Origin: Octopus sinensis
Lineage: Eukaryota
NCBI RefSeq assembly: GCF_006345805.1
Contig: NC_043000.1
Span: 49,476,001 to 49,540,000 of the forward strand
Reading direction: 5' to 3'
DNA: 64,000 nucleotides
A program made the position numbers and the translations under genes. The notes below the pieces were generated by a model. The model made no database searches. It was not told the DNA's origin and saw nothing but the letters and a program-made list of their open reading frames with translations. Each line of letters opens with the position of its first letter. Position 1 is the first letter of the stretch. Below are positions 26,746-39,799 of this stretch, one piece after another.

Positions 26746-27839
26746 AGATATATTTATATATATATAATTTTGGTATGGTACAAACTGTACAACATTAATC
26801 CCATCTATATACTTTCATTACAAAACACTTTCAGTCTTGAAACACAGAAAGACAAAGACTCTTGCTTCTTGATTTTATACCTCTTAAAGGTACCATGTCA
26901 ATGCTAATAGAAGCAATTCTGACTAAAAGAAAAATCTAAGAAGAAAAAATTCCTTCTTTATGGTCACTCATTTAGCAAGAAATGGCAGCCCCCCCCCCTG
27001 AAGTCACACACTACAACCTTCAGAAATGTGGAAGAACACTGTATAGTAATGTAGTTCTAGATAGATTAGTGTCTTAAGAACAAAACAAGGAAGGTGTGTC
27101 TGGAATAACTTTGATCATACATTTTCTAGATCAGTGTCAACATGGTACTAAACAACGACCAAATCTAATATATTGTTGGATTTTCTATTGATCATATGTA
27201 AGTTATTTTATATAACACTATGAAAAAAAATAAATAGATGACTATAATTGTTATGAAGGATCATTAAATAAAGAGCATTCACACAGAAATTCCTGTGTTG
27301 ACACTTGTTTACTTATTGGTTTTGTGAAGAGTGCTTTTTGCTAATGTAAGCTGTCTATCATCCATTAAAAATTGTACAATCAAGACAGCAAGCATCTTCA
27401 TATTTCAATCCTTAATGAACTTGATTAATCAATAATGAAAATAAATTGATGGGGCCCATGATGTACAGTAGTACCACAACAATAAGTAAAATAAGACTAG
27501 CTAAGCAATATGTTTACCAAAGGAAAGAATAGACAATTAGGCTACATATAGTTAAAATTGTAAATTGAATTGAATCTTGGCAGATAGTTGATTATTTAGC
27601 ACCAATGAGTTAATATTTTAGAATTTTTAAGTAGAAATTTGATAATATTAAGTTTGATTACCTAGCTGCCAGCTATGAAGAGACAGAAAATATTTTCTTG
27701 TGAGCTAGATTCATAATATCTTATTATCCAGCAAGGTTAAATATTAATTTCTTGTAGACTGAGAAATTTATTAATTTTTCTCATGGCTAAAGAGCAAATG
27801 AGATAAAATGTGACAAATTATTTGATTCCTTTCATTTGC

Positions 27840-27953
27840 TGCATAAGCTGGCATTGCTAAAATTCTCCCCATATCATTGAGTAAACCTTGACAGTGACTT
27901 CTCAAAGAGAATTGGACCATTTCCTCACCAGAACTTTCCTCACTGTCAGTCAT
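27840..27953 (-). CDS. Candidate first coding exon of a BTB/POZ (serine-enriched-protein-like) gene: MTDSEESSGEEMVQFSLRSHCQGLLNDMGRILAMPAYA
   Basis: True ATG with upstream acceptor-like ...CTACACAG|; G-L-x-x-D-M-x-x-I-x-x-M-P pattern recalls the helix before the BTB DVxF motif (from memory); no canonical GT donor at the expected position. Confidence 0.35.
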
Positions 27954-28024
27954 TATCTGTATTCTGTGTAGTAGGGAGTTTTCAAACCCTTAGAAAAACT
28001 ACAATTACAGAAAAGTGTATAATA

Positions 28025-28258
28025 TATTTCTTTATTGCCCACAAGGGGCTAAACATAGAGGGGACAAACAAGGACAGACAAAGGGATTAAGTCGATTACA
28101 TCGAACCCAGTGCGTAACTGGTACTTTATTTATCGACCCCGAAAGGATGAAAGGCAAAGTCGACCTCGGCAGAATTTGACCTCACAACGTAACGACAGAC
28201 GAAATATGGCTACGCATTTCGCCTGTCCTGCTAACGTTTCTGCCAGCTCACCGCCTTC
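28025..28258 (-). mobile_element. tRNA-derived SINE, family B (young, CpG-retaining copy)
   Basis: Minus strand AAGGCGGTGAGCTGGCAGAAACGTTAGC...GCCGAGGTCGACTTTGCC...TTGTGGGCAATAAAGAAATA. Confidence 0.92.
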
Positions 28259-28971
28259 AGATTATCAGTGTAACTTACCTTTGAATTCCACCAATATTTT
28301 AAAAATTAGCTTTTCATTTGTAGATAAGAATTTCTTTCCTAATATTTTTTTTATTTCAAAAACAGTTTCCTTTTGCTTAATTTAATATTTTCTGCAAGAT
28401 AAGACTTAATAATTTCTCGTATTTTTACCTCATAAAAAAATTATTAAAAAATTTTCAGTTGAATATTATCTATAAAATTCAATATTATTTTTTTAACTAA
28501 TTAAATATGAAGACACTTGTTTCTTGATTATGTACCTGTTAGCAGAAAACACAATTCCTGTGTTAACAACATTAACAAAAGCATTCTCTACTCAAAACAA
28601 AATCCAACACAAGCCAATGAGAAAATCTCTACATAATCTGTTATTTATTATCATTCCTTGATAAAAATAATTCATATATCTATGTATGCCAAAGTTTTCT
28701 CATAAATGAACTAAAAGAAACCCAGCACCATATTTGATTTTGTTGCCATTCAGTACCAGATCAACACAAATCCAAACACCTATGATCAAATTTTTTCCAT
28801 CATTTTTTGTTTTACAGGCATAATGTATTCAAAACTACTGATTATCTTCACTGCTGCAATAATCAACTTCTGCCTTATAACATTACTGTAACCTTACTGT
28901 GAATAATGGACTTACTATGACTACCTCCATCTTCTTAATAATAACTACCCTTAAATGATAACCAGTAAGTT

Positions 28972-29345
28972 TTAGTATTGTTATATTTTGGGATGGTCAT
29001 TTTTTCTCTTTTTTTTTTGGCAAATAACCACATGCTCTTCAGCTCAGTTTTATTATTTTCCTCATTTTAGTGTCCTTTGTCTGAAATCTTTTATCACACA
29101 TCCTGTGACCTCTTCAGTGACTCTCCATCCCACATGTCTCCCCTTGTCCTATTTAATAAAAACTGGACACATGGGATGGAGGGTTGCTGAAGAGGTCGCA
29201 GGATGTGTGACAGAAGGTTTCAGACAAAGGACACTAAAATATGAATAATGATAAAGCTGAGGTGAAGAATGAGTATATAGTGCATGTGGTTAATTATAAA
29301 AAAACCAAAAAAAAAATTACCATTCCAAAATATAACACTATCAGT
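28972..29345. repeat. Fold-back (inverted repeat, arms ~170 bp, 27-nt loop) carrying degenerate hammerhead-like motifs in both arms
   Basis: Best-paired core 29064-29138 vs 29166-29240; pairing extends outward with indels; arms contain CTGAAGA g gtcRca-ggatg-tgtgaY then a decayed GAAA..TTTC. Confidence 0.8.
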
Positions 29346-30465
29346 TTCAATACAGGATTTCACATCAAGAATCTTGCAAAACATAAACATAATAAATTTT
29401 GGGCTTTTATTCATTTCCTACACTAACAGATATAGGATAGGTGTTCTCTCCATGAATATCAGGCATGCAATGCATGATGGACAACTAAAATTCAGTTTTA
29501 ATATCTTTAATTTTTATGACTAATAACTTGAAAAGTGCATAAAATCATACAGATATGCTGTAGGTGTCGTATTATTATTATGAGCTGTAAAGTTATTATA
29601 TTGTTTTGAGTTGTCAAATTAGATGCTCTGGCTTTAAAGTGGCAGTAATTGCCCCTGGGTATAGGTTAGAGATGTGATGGAGGGAGATCTCAGAGATTAG
29701 TATCCTAAATTAATATTATGTGCTATCTAGTTTCCAGGCAAATATGTTTAAGAAGCTAGACAAACTCACATTAGACATGATGCTGAGGTGAAGAATCTTC
29801 CTTTAAAATCAAAGATGGTCCTCAAATTATGATCAGGGTTAATGTTAGAGGAACTATGCTTCAGTTGTCTGCTTGACACCATCAAAACAGGTTACACAAG
29901 CATCTTTTTGTGATATTTGCAAATGGAATTTAGGATGCTAAACTTCAATATTTCTGAGAGAGTAAAAAAAAGCAAATAAGTGCTGTAATTCCAGTATGGT
30001 TGTCTAGGGTTTTTTTACAAGCTTTTGCTCACTTTTCAAATTTTTATTTTGTGGGTTATAGTTAGCCACTCTTTCTCTTCATTGCGAGTTCTCTCATTTC
30101 ATTCTTTTGTCATTCTAGTACACAGATTGCCAACTCCATCACAATCTATCCACTTCCTATTTATGTCTCTCACTCTCCACACACAAACACACATACAAAT
30201 ACACACACAAACACACATACACATATCAATATGGAATTGATAACATATGAAAATAAAACAGAGCATACAAATTAAAATATATAAATATATTATTTATATA
30301 CATTCCTTCTTTTGTATATGTGCACATGTGTATGTGAGTGTGTGTATGCATGTGCATACTTACATGCATGCATACACCTCATACGCACTCACACATCCAT
30401 ACACACATTCATTCACACACACACACATGTATGTATATATATATACACACACATACTCACACATG

Positions 30466-30508
<43 letters not shown>

Positions 30509-31354
30509 TATTGCTGCTCTATGTATCCCTTGCAATTTCTTTTGCTTCTTTTCTTCCATTTTTATCTTTTGAGTATCTTGCTATTTGTTTCTCTCTTTAT
30601 TCTTTTTTCTTCTCTGAACAGCTTGTAACTGTATAAAAGATTTATAGCAAGTGCTTTTTGAAAAGCCTTTAATTTTCTCCTCCTTTTATTTACTTATTTA
30701 TTTATTCATTTGTTTATTTACCGAATCTCTTGATTTTATTATTGCCAGGGGGTGGAGATACACTTTGCTGTCACTCAGACCATTATTCCATTGCTCTCTT
30801 GTTCCATTGTTCTACCAGCCAGCATTTGCACGAAGATGTGCCACAAAAGGTCTCAAAAGGTTAGCCTAGCTATATGAATCCGAGTATGGCAGTGGAGGAG
30901 AAAAGAAAAAGAAGGATGGTGGATAAAATGAAAACAAAAATGAGACTAAGGAAGGGTTAGGAGAAATTGTTGAACATGTTTGTAGTGGTTCACATTGACG
31001 GAAAGATCTGATAATAAGGCCGAAAGTAAAGGAAATAGAAGGCGGGGTTCACAGATTTCAGCTGTGCTCTGTTGTCCAGGTAACAACTAATATTGATGAG
31101 AGTAGCTTTGTCAAGAATATTGAAAGGAGTTATTTTGGCAGACGATGAAAACAATATGATACAACATTTTGCTCTGAATATTTCATGAGGGTTTTGTTTG
31201 TTTGTGATGCTATGTTTTACGTATTTATTATTAGAGAGTTTCTCTGAATTTTTTTCTGTTATTTCTTCTTTTTGTTTTTAATTATTAGAGCAAAAACCTT
31301 AAGAATATGAAAGCATTTTCTATTTTCATTTCTGTTACCATATATATATATATA

Positions 31355-31597
31355 TATATGCACAGGAGTGGCTGTGTGGTATATATATATATAGGTGCAG
31401 GAGTGGCTGTGTGGTATATATATATATATATAGGTGCAGGAGTGGCTGTGTGGTAAGTAGCTCGCTTACTAACTACAAGGTTCTGAGTTCATTCCCACTG
31501 CAGGGCACCTTGGGCAAGTGTCTTCTACTATAGCCTCGGGCCAACCAAAGCCTTGTGAGTGGATTTGGTAGATGGAAACTGAAAGAAGCCAGTCGTA

Positions 31598-31645
<48 letters not shown>

Positions 31646-32226
31646 ATATATATATATGTATAAAATAGAAAAGAGTGAAAAAAATACAGAAGGCTTGTTT
31701 TATAAGGTTAAAGAATATATTTAAGTTGTTATGTTAGAAAAATGTTATAAAATTTTGTGTATAGTAACATAGTTTTTGGAGAAATAACCGGTTTCGTGTA
31801 AACTTTTCAAATTTCTCAAATTTCTTTGCCTACATCGTGTCATGTCTTCGTTATAAAGTGTAAAGTAGAGTTCCAGGCAGAGAAACTCATCTCATTGAAG
31901 AAAAAGGAAAAAAATATAAAGCGATTGTCTCCCCTATACCGGAAGAAATCCCTGATTACCTCCCCCTGCCTGGAACTCTTCTTTACACTTGATAACGAAG
32001 ACATGACATGATGTAGGTAAAGAAATTTGAGAAATTTGAAAAGTTTACATGAAACCGGTTATTTTTCCAAAAACTATGTTACTATACACAAAATTTTATA
32101 ACATTTTTCTAACATAACGACTTAAATATATTCTTTAACCTTATAAAACAAGCCTTCTATAGTTTTTTTCACTCTTTTCTATTTTTTATACATCAAACTA
32201 CGTGCTTTCACACACCAACTTTCTCA

Positions 32227-32275
<49 letters not shown>

Positions 32276-32450
32276 ATGTTTGAGTGTCTGTGTTTGTCCC
32301 TCCAACATTGCTTGACCACCGATGCTGGTGTGTTTATGTCCCCATAACTTAGCGGTTCGGCAAAAAAGACTGATATAATAAGTACTACGCTTCCGAAGAA
32401 TAAGTCCTGGGGTCGATTTGCTCGACTGAAACATGTAAAAGAGTAAAAGA

Positions 32451-32455
<5 letters not shown>
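31355..32455 (+). mobile_element. SINE family A split by a fold-back insertion in its internal (TA)n; head reiterated three times
   Basis: Head half 31355-31600 and core/tail half 32230-32455 are colinear with intact copies. Confidence 0.85.
31656..32193. mobile_element. Fold-back/MITE-like element with ~225-bp inverted arms
   Basis: 31656-31880 is the near-perfect reverse complement of 31966-32193; ~85-bp spacer; followed by a ~35-bp unpaired tail before (TA)n resumes. Confidence 0.9.
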
Positions 32456-32482
<27 letters not shown>

Positions 32483-33079
32483 ATATGGGTGGACAATCAG
32501 CAAAATTGCTAGAGTACCAGCCAGACAAACATGTCTTTGATGTTTAGTTATAGTTTTTATATTGTAAGTTCAAATCCTGTTGAGGCTGACTTCATCCTTC
32601 ATCTTTCTGAAACTTAAATGAATAATTACCTGCTAACTACTACAACCGATATGGTTGACAATTATCTTTTAGCTTGAGCTTATGAGAGAAGTTAATGTAT
32701 ATATCTAACAAGAATAATGGATGGTAAATTCTGTAGAATGTCAGTAAAATGGAAGCAAAATAGTGTAATTAATTTCATAACTGAAAGAAAAATTTTAAGA
32801 AGAAAGTCAAAAATTCTATAATAATGAAATACACTTAGTTTCTATGTATGCACTGCTACAAGATTATAAGTATATTTTAATCAGAGAAATATTTAATTTT
32901 TAAATAGAGGTAAATTGCAAAATTAAAATGAAGGTAAACTAACTACAGTGCAATATAAATCTATCCTATCAATCTCAAGCTGGAAACACAAACTATCTGA
33001 AGTACTATTCAAATTTTAATATTGGAACACAAAATGTTGGCCAATGTTGGTGTCAGATCAATAGTACTTGTGTCACTGG

Positions 33080-33255
33080 CACGTAAGAAAACACCCACTA
33101 CACTCTCAGAATGGTTGGAGTTAGGAAGGCCACCCAGCCATACAAACCTTGCCAAATCAGATCGGAACCTAGTGCAGCTCCTCAGTACACCAGTTTTCAG
33201 TTAAACCATCTGACCCATGCCAGCATTGAAAACGGACGTTAAATGATGATGATGG
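33080..33255 (+). mobile_element. Family C 3' fragment
   Basis: CACTACACTCTCAGAATGGTTGG...CCCATGCCAGCATTGAAAACGGACGTTAAATGATGATG. Confidence 0.8.
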
Positions 33256-34884
33256 CAGTGATGATGATGATGACAACATAAGATGAATTGCTTCTAAATA
33301 TTTGGTGAACTATTTTTTTATAATAGGTCTGCACAAGAAAATTTGTTCATGGCAATTCGACAACAATGGCAACTATTATTTTATCAATATTAACCTTAAT
33401 TCAATTTTACTGATTCCTATCCCACTATCAGAATTGTCTACCAAGTGACATGTTTTTAATGACAAGTCAAGTTCACTGATCACATTTGATGTCCTACAGC
33501 AGATTTAATAAATCTTTGAGAAATGTTAATTGAATGGAAATAATTATTAGAAAGTGAACATGATAAGAATTTAATTAGAAATTAGCATCCAGCATCTTAC
33601 ATTTCCATATTTATTGTAAGATTTCATTCTGCTCCACAGATGTTTAAACATGATGGAAATTCTATATTGAAGATGTATCATATTTCAAGCGTTAATTTGT
33701 TCTTAATGAGTTTGCAATATTCAATTTTTCTCAAGGTTAATTAAACTTTGTCACTTTGTAAGTTGGTGAAATAGGTTCCAGTGATTAATATATCAATTAG
33801 ATGGGGTGCTTTAGTCTGTAATCTATTTTCTACATTCAAGCTCCTATTCCTATCCATATTATCAGAATGTAGCAAATATTTTCCTAGTTCTTATCTTAAA
33901 TTATCATGACACTCCGCATTTATTCACAACAATCTCTATATCTTATAAAGTAATCTTTGTCTGGTAGAGTCAGTAAAGACTGTTCTTTGCTGAGGAGGTC
34001 TAATATGATTCAGACATGCCTGGAAATATCATTCTACTACAAGTGAGACACACTCTTTAATGCATGGTCCACATTCTCTTTTAACAAGTAATTACATCGT
34101 GGAAAATCTATTTAAGCTATCTAAAAATACACAAAATCTTTTCTGTATATGTCAAACTTCTTGTCATACCACTGTTACTTGTTTACTGGTATAATGGTGT
34201 GACAAAAGTGTTGATACCTCAATAAATAAATGTAAATTTAATGTAATAGCTTTTTATGAGTTCTTAAATGGTTAAAATGGCTCTTTTCCCATGTTGCTTC
34301 AATTTCTACACACAGTCTCAGATTAAGTCATTTGGCAGTCAAATACAACTCTGAAATATTGTTTAATTAACTTTGATATTTTGATTAGTTCAAATTTTGG
34401 TGTTATGTCTCCTGCCTTTCTTGACCATAATTGATCCTTAATCCAACCAGTGTATTTATTTATTAATTAAAGCATCTTGGTTTACTACATTAAGTACACC
34501 AACACTGATCTTTCCTTAAGCTAATCTACTATGACACAGGCATAGTCAATTGTTAGTCATCATTTTTATTTTACCCCATGACTACCTTGATCAAATAGTC
34601 CCATAATCAAAGGTGATACAGATCTAACTATTACATCTTTATTTCATTTTAGTAAATGTAACACTGAATTATTGTATACATTTTTTCGAGGGTAGGCTAT
34701 ACTTTAAGACAGTAGTGTGTGAAATGAGAAAATGTTGTTAGTTGAAGCTTTGTTTAAGCAGCACCTAGAAGATTTATTATCTGTGACTTGTTGAACTTCA
34801 TTGCTATTTTAGCTGTCAACATCATCATTTTTAAGTCTTAAAATTTGAATAGTGAAATATGTGGTTTTTCATTTAAAACCGCAG

Positions 34885-34947
34885 GAGTATATTAATGAAG
34901 ATTTAGCAGCTATAGTGTGCACATTGCATGATTATAGAGACACTTTT
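34885..34947 (+). CDS. Candidate small internal exon (EYINEDLAAIVCTLHDYRDTF)
   Basis: ...AAAACCGCAG| acceptor and TTT|GTAAGA donor; 63 nt, phase 0-0, open; no homology recognised. Confidence 0.3.
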
Positions 34948-37900
34948 GTAAGAGTTCTAGTCTTGAATATTGTTTAAATATGATAAAAATTTGTCATAAC
35001 TGTTGCATTTTATATTAGAATCCTTTTATTTTGCTATACAATCTACATGTATAAGTAGAGTGTGAATTTTATTAAAATGCTAAGTTTCAGAAGAAATGAA
35101 CATTAAGTATCAAAACCAGGTGTGTAATATATATTATAACTGCTATTTCTATCAAATAAATAGCCATTCCCAGTTGAATGAAAATGACATACACAAAATT
35201 CACATGTAAATTTCTGTGTATGTGTGTCAATGTATATTCCCACACATGCAGGTGGGTATGTGAGTATGCATGCACCTGTATACATGTAATATATGCAGTT
35301 TAAAAATTTAGGTATTAGTAGCCAAAGACAACATTTTCAAAGGTAAATTTATTTGATGCAGTGATATATTTACGGTAATTATCTTCTTGTATATAATTAC
35401 ATATGCCAAGTATGTATTGTCTATGTAGCTACATACAAAACTGACTAATTATGCTTCTAATTTGATACATAAGCAAGTGAGATTGTTAAAATGAGGTTGA
35501 AGAACAAAATTGCTTCATTAAGCTAAATGGTTTCCTAATAATGGAAGTATTTGTATATGGGTTTGTCAGAAAAGAAAGAGCAGTATAAATAACCTATTGC
35601 AGAGTCCCTGGCTTTAGTTAGGATGAGTTAGGAAGAAACCAGGATCCACAGGTTGGAAGAGTATTCCATAAGCAATTGGGTTATCTTATCCTCAAACTTG
35701 GTGAGAAAACCAGCAACAGAATAAAGTCTATTAAAAGGACCCACCACTAAGATATTGGCCTCTGCTCTTGGTCTTGTGCCACATCTCCCCTGGTGCTCCT
35801 GAGCCACTTGTCTCTCTTCTTTTCATATCTACTATATAAGCCCCACAGTATCCGCTACACATGGCCTTCCTCCTAGAATGTTGGTTCTCTAGAATTCAAT
35901 CCATGCTTAAGTTTTTCCATATTGCTGTCAAATTGCAACAGATAAAGCAGAAAATTAATGGCATAAACTGACCAGTCTCAAAGAGTCAGTGAGGTGATGG
36001 ACACTGCCTCTTTCCTCAAACCTAGCAAATTAAAAAAGAGTTAATATGGAGTTAATCTCAGCAACCAATTAAGCCCATTACACAATAGCACATACTTTGT
36101 AGGTGAGAGGCTTCCACACACTTTCTGTCTACCCAAATTTGTCTTATATTGCTGCAGTAAGGTGAGGCCTATGACAAAAAATATACAGTATGAAGTGATG
36201 TTGAACTTGGAACTATTTGATTATGGAGCAAACTTTAACAACAGCCATTCCTGCACCCATATAGTAATTAAGGTCTTTTCATATAGCTGACAGAAAATTT
36301 GAAGAAGCTTGTAATTTCTCCATTTGTAAATAAATATTAAAAATATTAAAACGAAAAACAAAAAGTAAAAATCAATAAATTCAAAATAAAAATAGAATTA
36401 TAACATGACAGAAATTTTATTGCCATTTCAAGCAGCCAGTGAAGCATCTGTCAAATTATGCAATTTCACTGAATTTAATTTAATTGAATTCAAATCCTCA
36501 CTGAAACCATCATGTTGTGCCCGTAAGCAGTGCACTTAGTCCAGCTTGTATCACTTTCATGAAAAAACCAAAAATATGAAAACATGTTAACATACCTTAA
36601 GGAGAGGATGTCTCTAAAGCCTTTAATTGGAAACATTTCTTTGCCACGCAACAGCATACATGTGTATTTTGTTGTTTGCTTTTTGCTGGATTGATACTTG
36701 TTGATGCTGTCCACAACAGTTTTCTAGTGATTTGTATGTACTTCATTTTACCAGTCTAAGAAAACAAACCCTTCTTTCCTCTTTTATAAGTGATTATTTA
36801 GCAATAGGAAGGGTACTTGGTTGTTAGAACATGCAACCATGCTTCTAAAAACATTTTCTACTCATGCTAGCCTGAAAGTAAAACAGGGAAAAAAAAATTG
36901 TTTTTCCAACATTAATTGAAAATCTTGTAATTAATTGTTTAGTAATTGATTGATATTCTTAAGTACGATAATTTTTTTAAGAAAATGAAGTTGAAACATT
37001 TAAAATAAAAATAACTTTACCATGATTGTTCTGTGAACTTTAAAAAACATCAGTCTGAGTATTAGTTACTGAGGGAATTCTTGAGTTTCTGTGTTGAGAG
37101 TGAGAAATATTTAAAGAGCAAGAGTGAATCGCAAGTACAGAGGAACTTGTGGACTGGCATTTTTAATGAGAAAAATAGTGAATCTTTAATGTTACAAATT
37201 CTTAGCCGTGCTATTTATAATTAAATTGCTGTTTTGGCCTTGAAGCTTAAACCACATTTTATTATAGATTTTTAAAAACGTTCTCATTGGGTGATTTCAA
37301 ATTGAAAGACAGCATAATTTCTTCTGCAAGGAGGTGATACCCGTCCTTACCATATTTGGTAGATTGACTTGATAAATTACTGCATTAGCTAAATGCCCAA
37401 TAAACCACACCCAAGTGTCAGAAAAAATGTAAAAACAAATTGAATAATGATAGTAGATGAGGAGGTCACATAGCTGAAATGTTCCTTTTGATACCAACAT
37501 ACCGCTTGGTTCTATAATACAAATTCCTTGTTTTTAAGTGATCTAAATTAAAACTTTCCCTCAAAATTTCATGTTAATTTGTTATTTTATTTTTCTATTA
37601 TTTTCAATATTAATTTAAACAATGACAGTGTATTTCAACATAAATATGGTAACAAAAGGATTAATCAGAGCATATTGTTTGATCAGAGGCAGATTTGGCA
37701 TGTTGCACAGCAGCTATGACACTAATATCTCTATCATCACTTTATTCATTTCTGTGGCAACTAACACCAAAATCTGTGGGCTTACAGAAATACACAGGAC
37801 AGTGAAGAATGAAAGAATGAACAGGCAAACAATTGGCATCGGTTTGGATTATAGTAGTTATGTATTTAAATGTAATTGCTGAGTTGTTACAATAGAGCAG

Positions 37901-38567
37901 ATAAAAAGAAAGTAAGGTGAGCAAATACTCTCTTACAGCTGTTTCAAGAATAAATGTGCTTATGGTGTATTTCCCTTCAAATGAAAATAAACTATGTATA
38001 TATAGTAGCATTTTATTCCATCTTAAGAGAGAACTAACAATCACTTCCATCGTTAGAGAGAGAATAAGGCTGATCTTTAGTAGTAGGCTTTGGTCTACTA
38101 CTAGCTAGTGTGGAGGCAATGAAGAGAATGCAGCATGTCCAGATTATTATATCTTACACCATATAATTCACCACTTCATGCTAGATTGAACAGTATGATT
38201 CTCAATTAGGTGGAAACTTGGTTTAACAGGAAAGATGGATCTACTCTCAGGACAAAGAATTCTTCAATACAAGTTGCTTGCTCTCGGTCTACACAAAAGC
38301 AACAAGGAGCTGGTGATGGAATATTTATGCACTTACTTGGCTCCATAGAATTAACAGTTAAATTTCACCATACCAATTTTTTGAATAAAGAATATACTGG
38401 ATAATGTAATCATTGACAAAATGCAGCACAGTAAAAATTACAGTGTATGGTTGGAACACTGGTCAAATGTCAGAGCACCTGGTCAACTGATTATCAATAT
38501 GATCAGGAGAAGAAACGTTTGGTCATTGTTTGCACACAGGACAACAATATAAAGATTTTGACCTATT

Positions 38568-38940
38568 GGGTGCAAGCGTGGCTGTGTGGTAAGAAGCTTG
38601 CTTCTCAACCACATGTTTCCAGTTTCAGTCTCACTGAATGGCATCTTGGGCAAGTGTCTTCTAGTATAGCCTCATGCCAACCAAAGCCTAGTGAGTGGAC
38701 TTGGTAGACAGAAACTGAAAGAAGCCCATCATGTGTGTGTGTGTGTGTGTGTGTTTGTGCTGCCATCACTACTTGACAACCAGTGTTGGTATGCTTACCT
38801 TGTGGTTCAGCAAAGGAGACTGACAGAATAAGTACTAGACTAAAGAAATGTCCTAGGATCGATTTGTTCAATTAAATCCCTTCAAGACAGTGCTCCAGTA
38901 TGGCTGCAGTCAAATGACTGAAACAAGTAAAAGAATAAAA
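38568..38940 (+). mobile_element. SINE family A, full length
   Basis: Head, (TG)n, core and tail motifs present. Confidence 0.88.
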
Positions 38941-39799
38941 GAATATTAGACCCCATCAACATAGTAACGTCCAACACAGGCATGAGCAACCTTGTTTGGG
39001 AAGCAGGTTGCATAAGCAGGCAGGCTGCATTATTAAAAAAGAATTCAAGATAATCTTTTTGTGGTATGCCATTCAGGGAGTCCTGTAGACAGCAGCTTGC
39101 TCTTGACTGGTCTAACACACCGTTGTTCATGAAAATCCCCAATTCGTCAAAATTCAGACTGACAAACTGCTATATTCAATAAAGTTAAATAGTTTAAAAT
39201 GTTTTAAGCTTATCCAATACCATGGGGAAGAAAAAATAATTATATGGATGAAAAATCTTTTCTCATCTCATTGATAATGAAGGAAGGAGCAAAAAATTAT
39301 GCTAATGTTTTTTTTCATTTTATATTTTTTTATTGGCATTTATCAATGGGTGAGCTGCTGGTCTATTCAAGCTTGTTGATCAGCTGATGTAGATTTGTAC
39401 AGATAAAATGTTACAAATGATTTTTGGCTAGTATAATTTGTATAATTAGAAATAAAATTTGCGAAGGAAATTTAACTGAAATTGGTAATTCCTATGAATG
39501 CTATTTACAAAAGTTGTTAATTCCTTCCTCTAAGCAAGTGAATTAACTATGAGAGGTTAATGTTTATATATATAACACAGGTCCAGTTGATCTAAACCAA
39601 TGAGAAGGCTGGAAAACAACACCATTTGAAAGTAAAAGCAAAATCCTTCCTCCTCAAATAAAAATAACAAATAATGGTTCAAAACAATAAAAGAATGTCT
39701 ATATTCATTGAGCTTTATGTTAAATTTAAGAGAAGAAAGAGAAAAAAACTAATTGGAAAATGATAATTATTTGAATAAATATAAAGTTGATACTAAAAT

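Noticed and set aside
31760-32080. Possible hammerheads in the arms of the 31.6-kb fold-back (GAAACCGGTT with a preceding helix)
   Set aside because: No CUGANGA box at the required position in either arm (GACACGA / GACATGA instead)
36597-36726. Minus-strand open frame KTVVDSINKYQ...RDILSLR ending at AG|GTATGT
   Set aside because: Acceptor lacks a pyrimidine tract, no recognisable homology, and it conflicts in strand with neighbouring candidate exons
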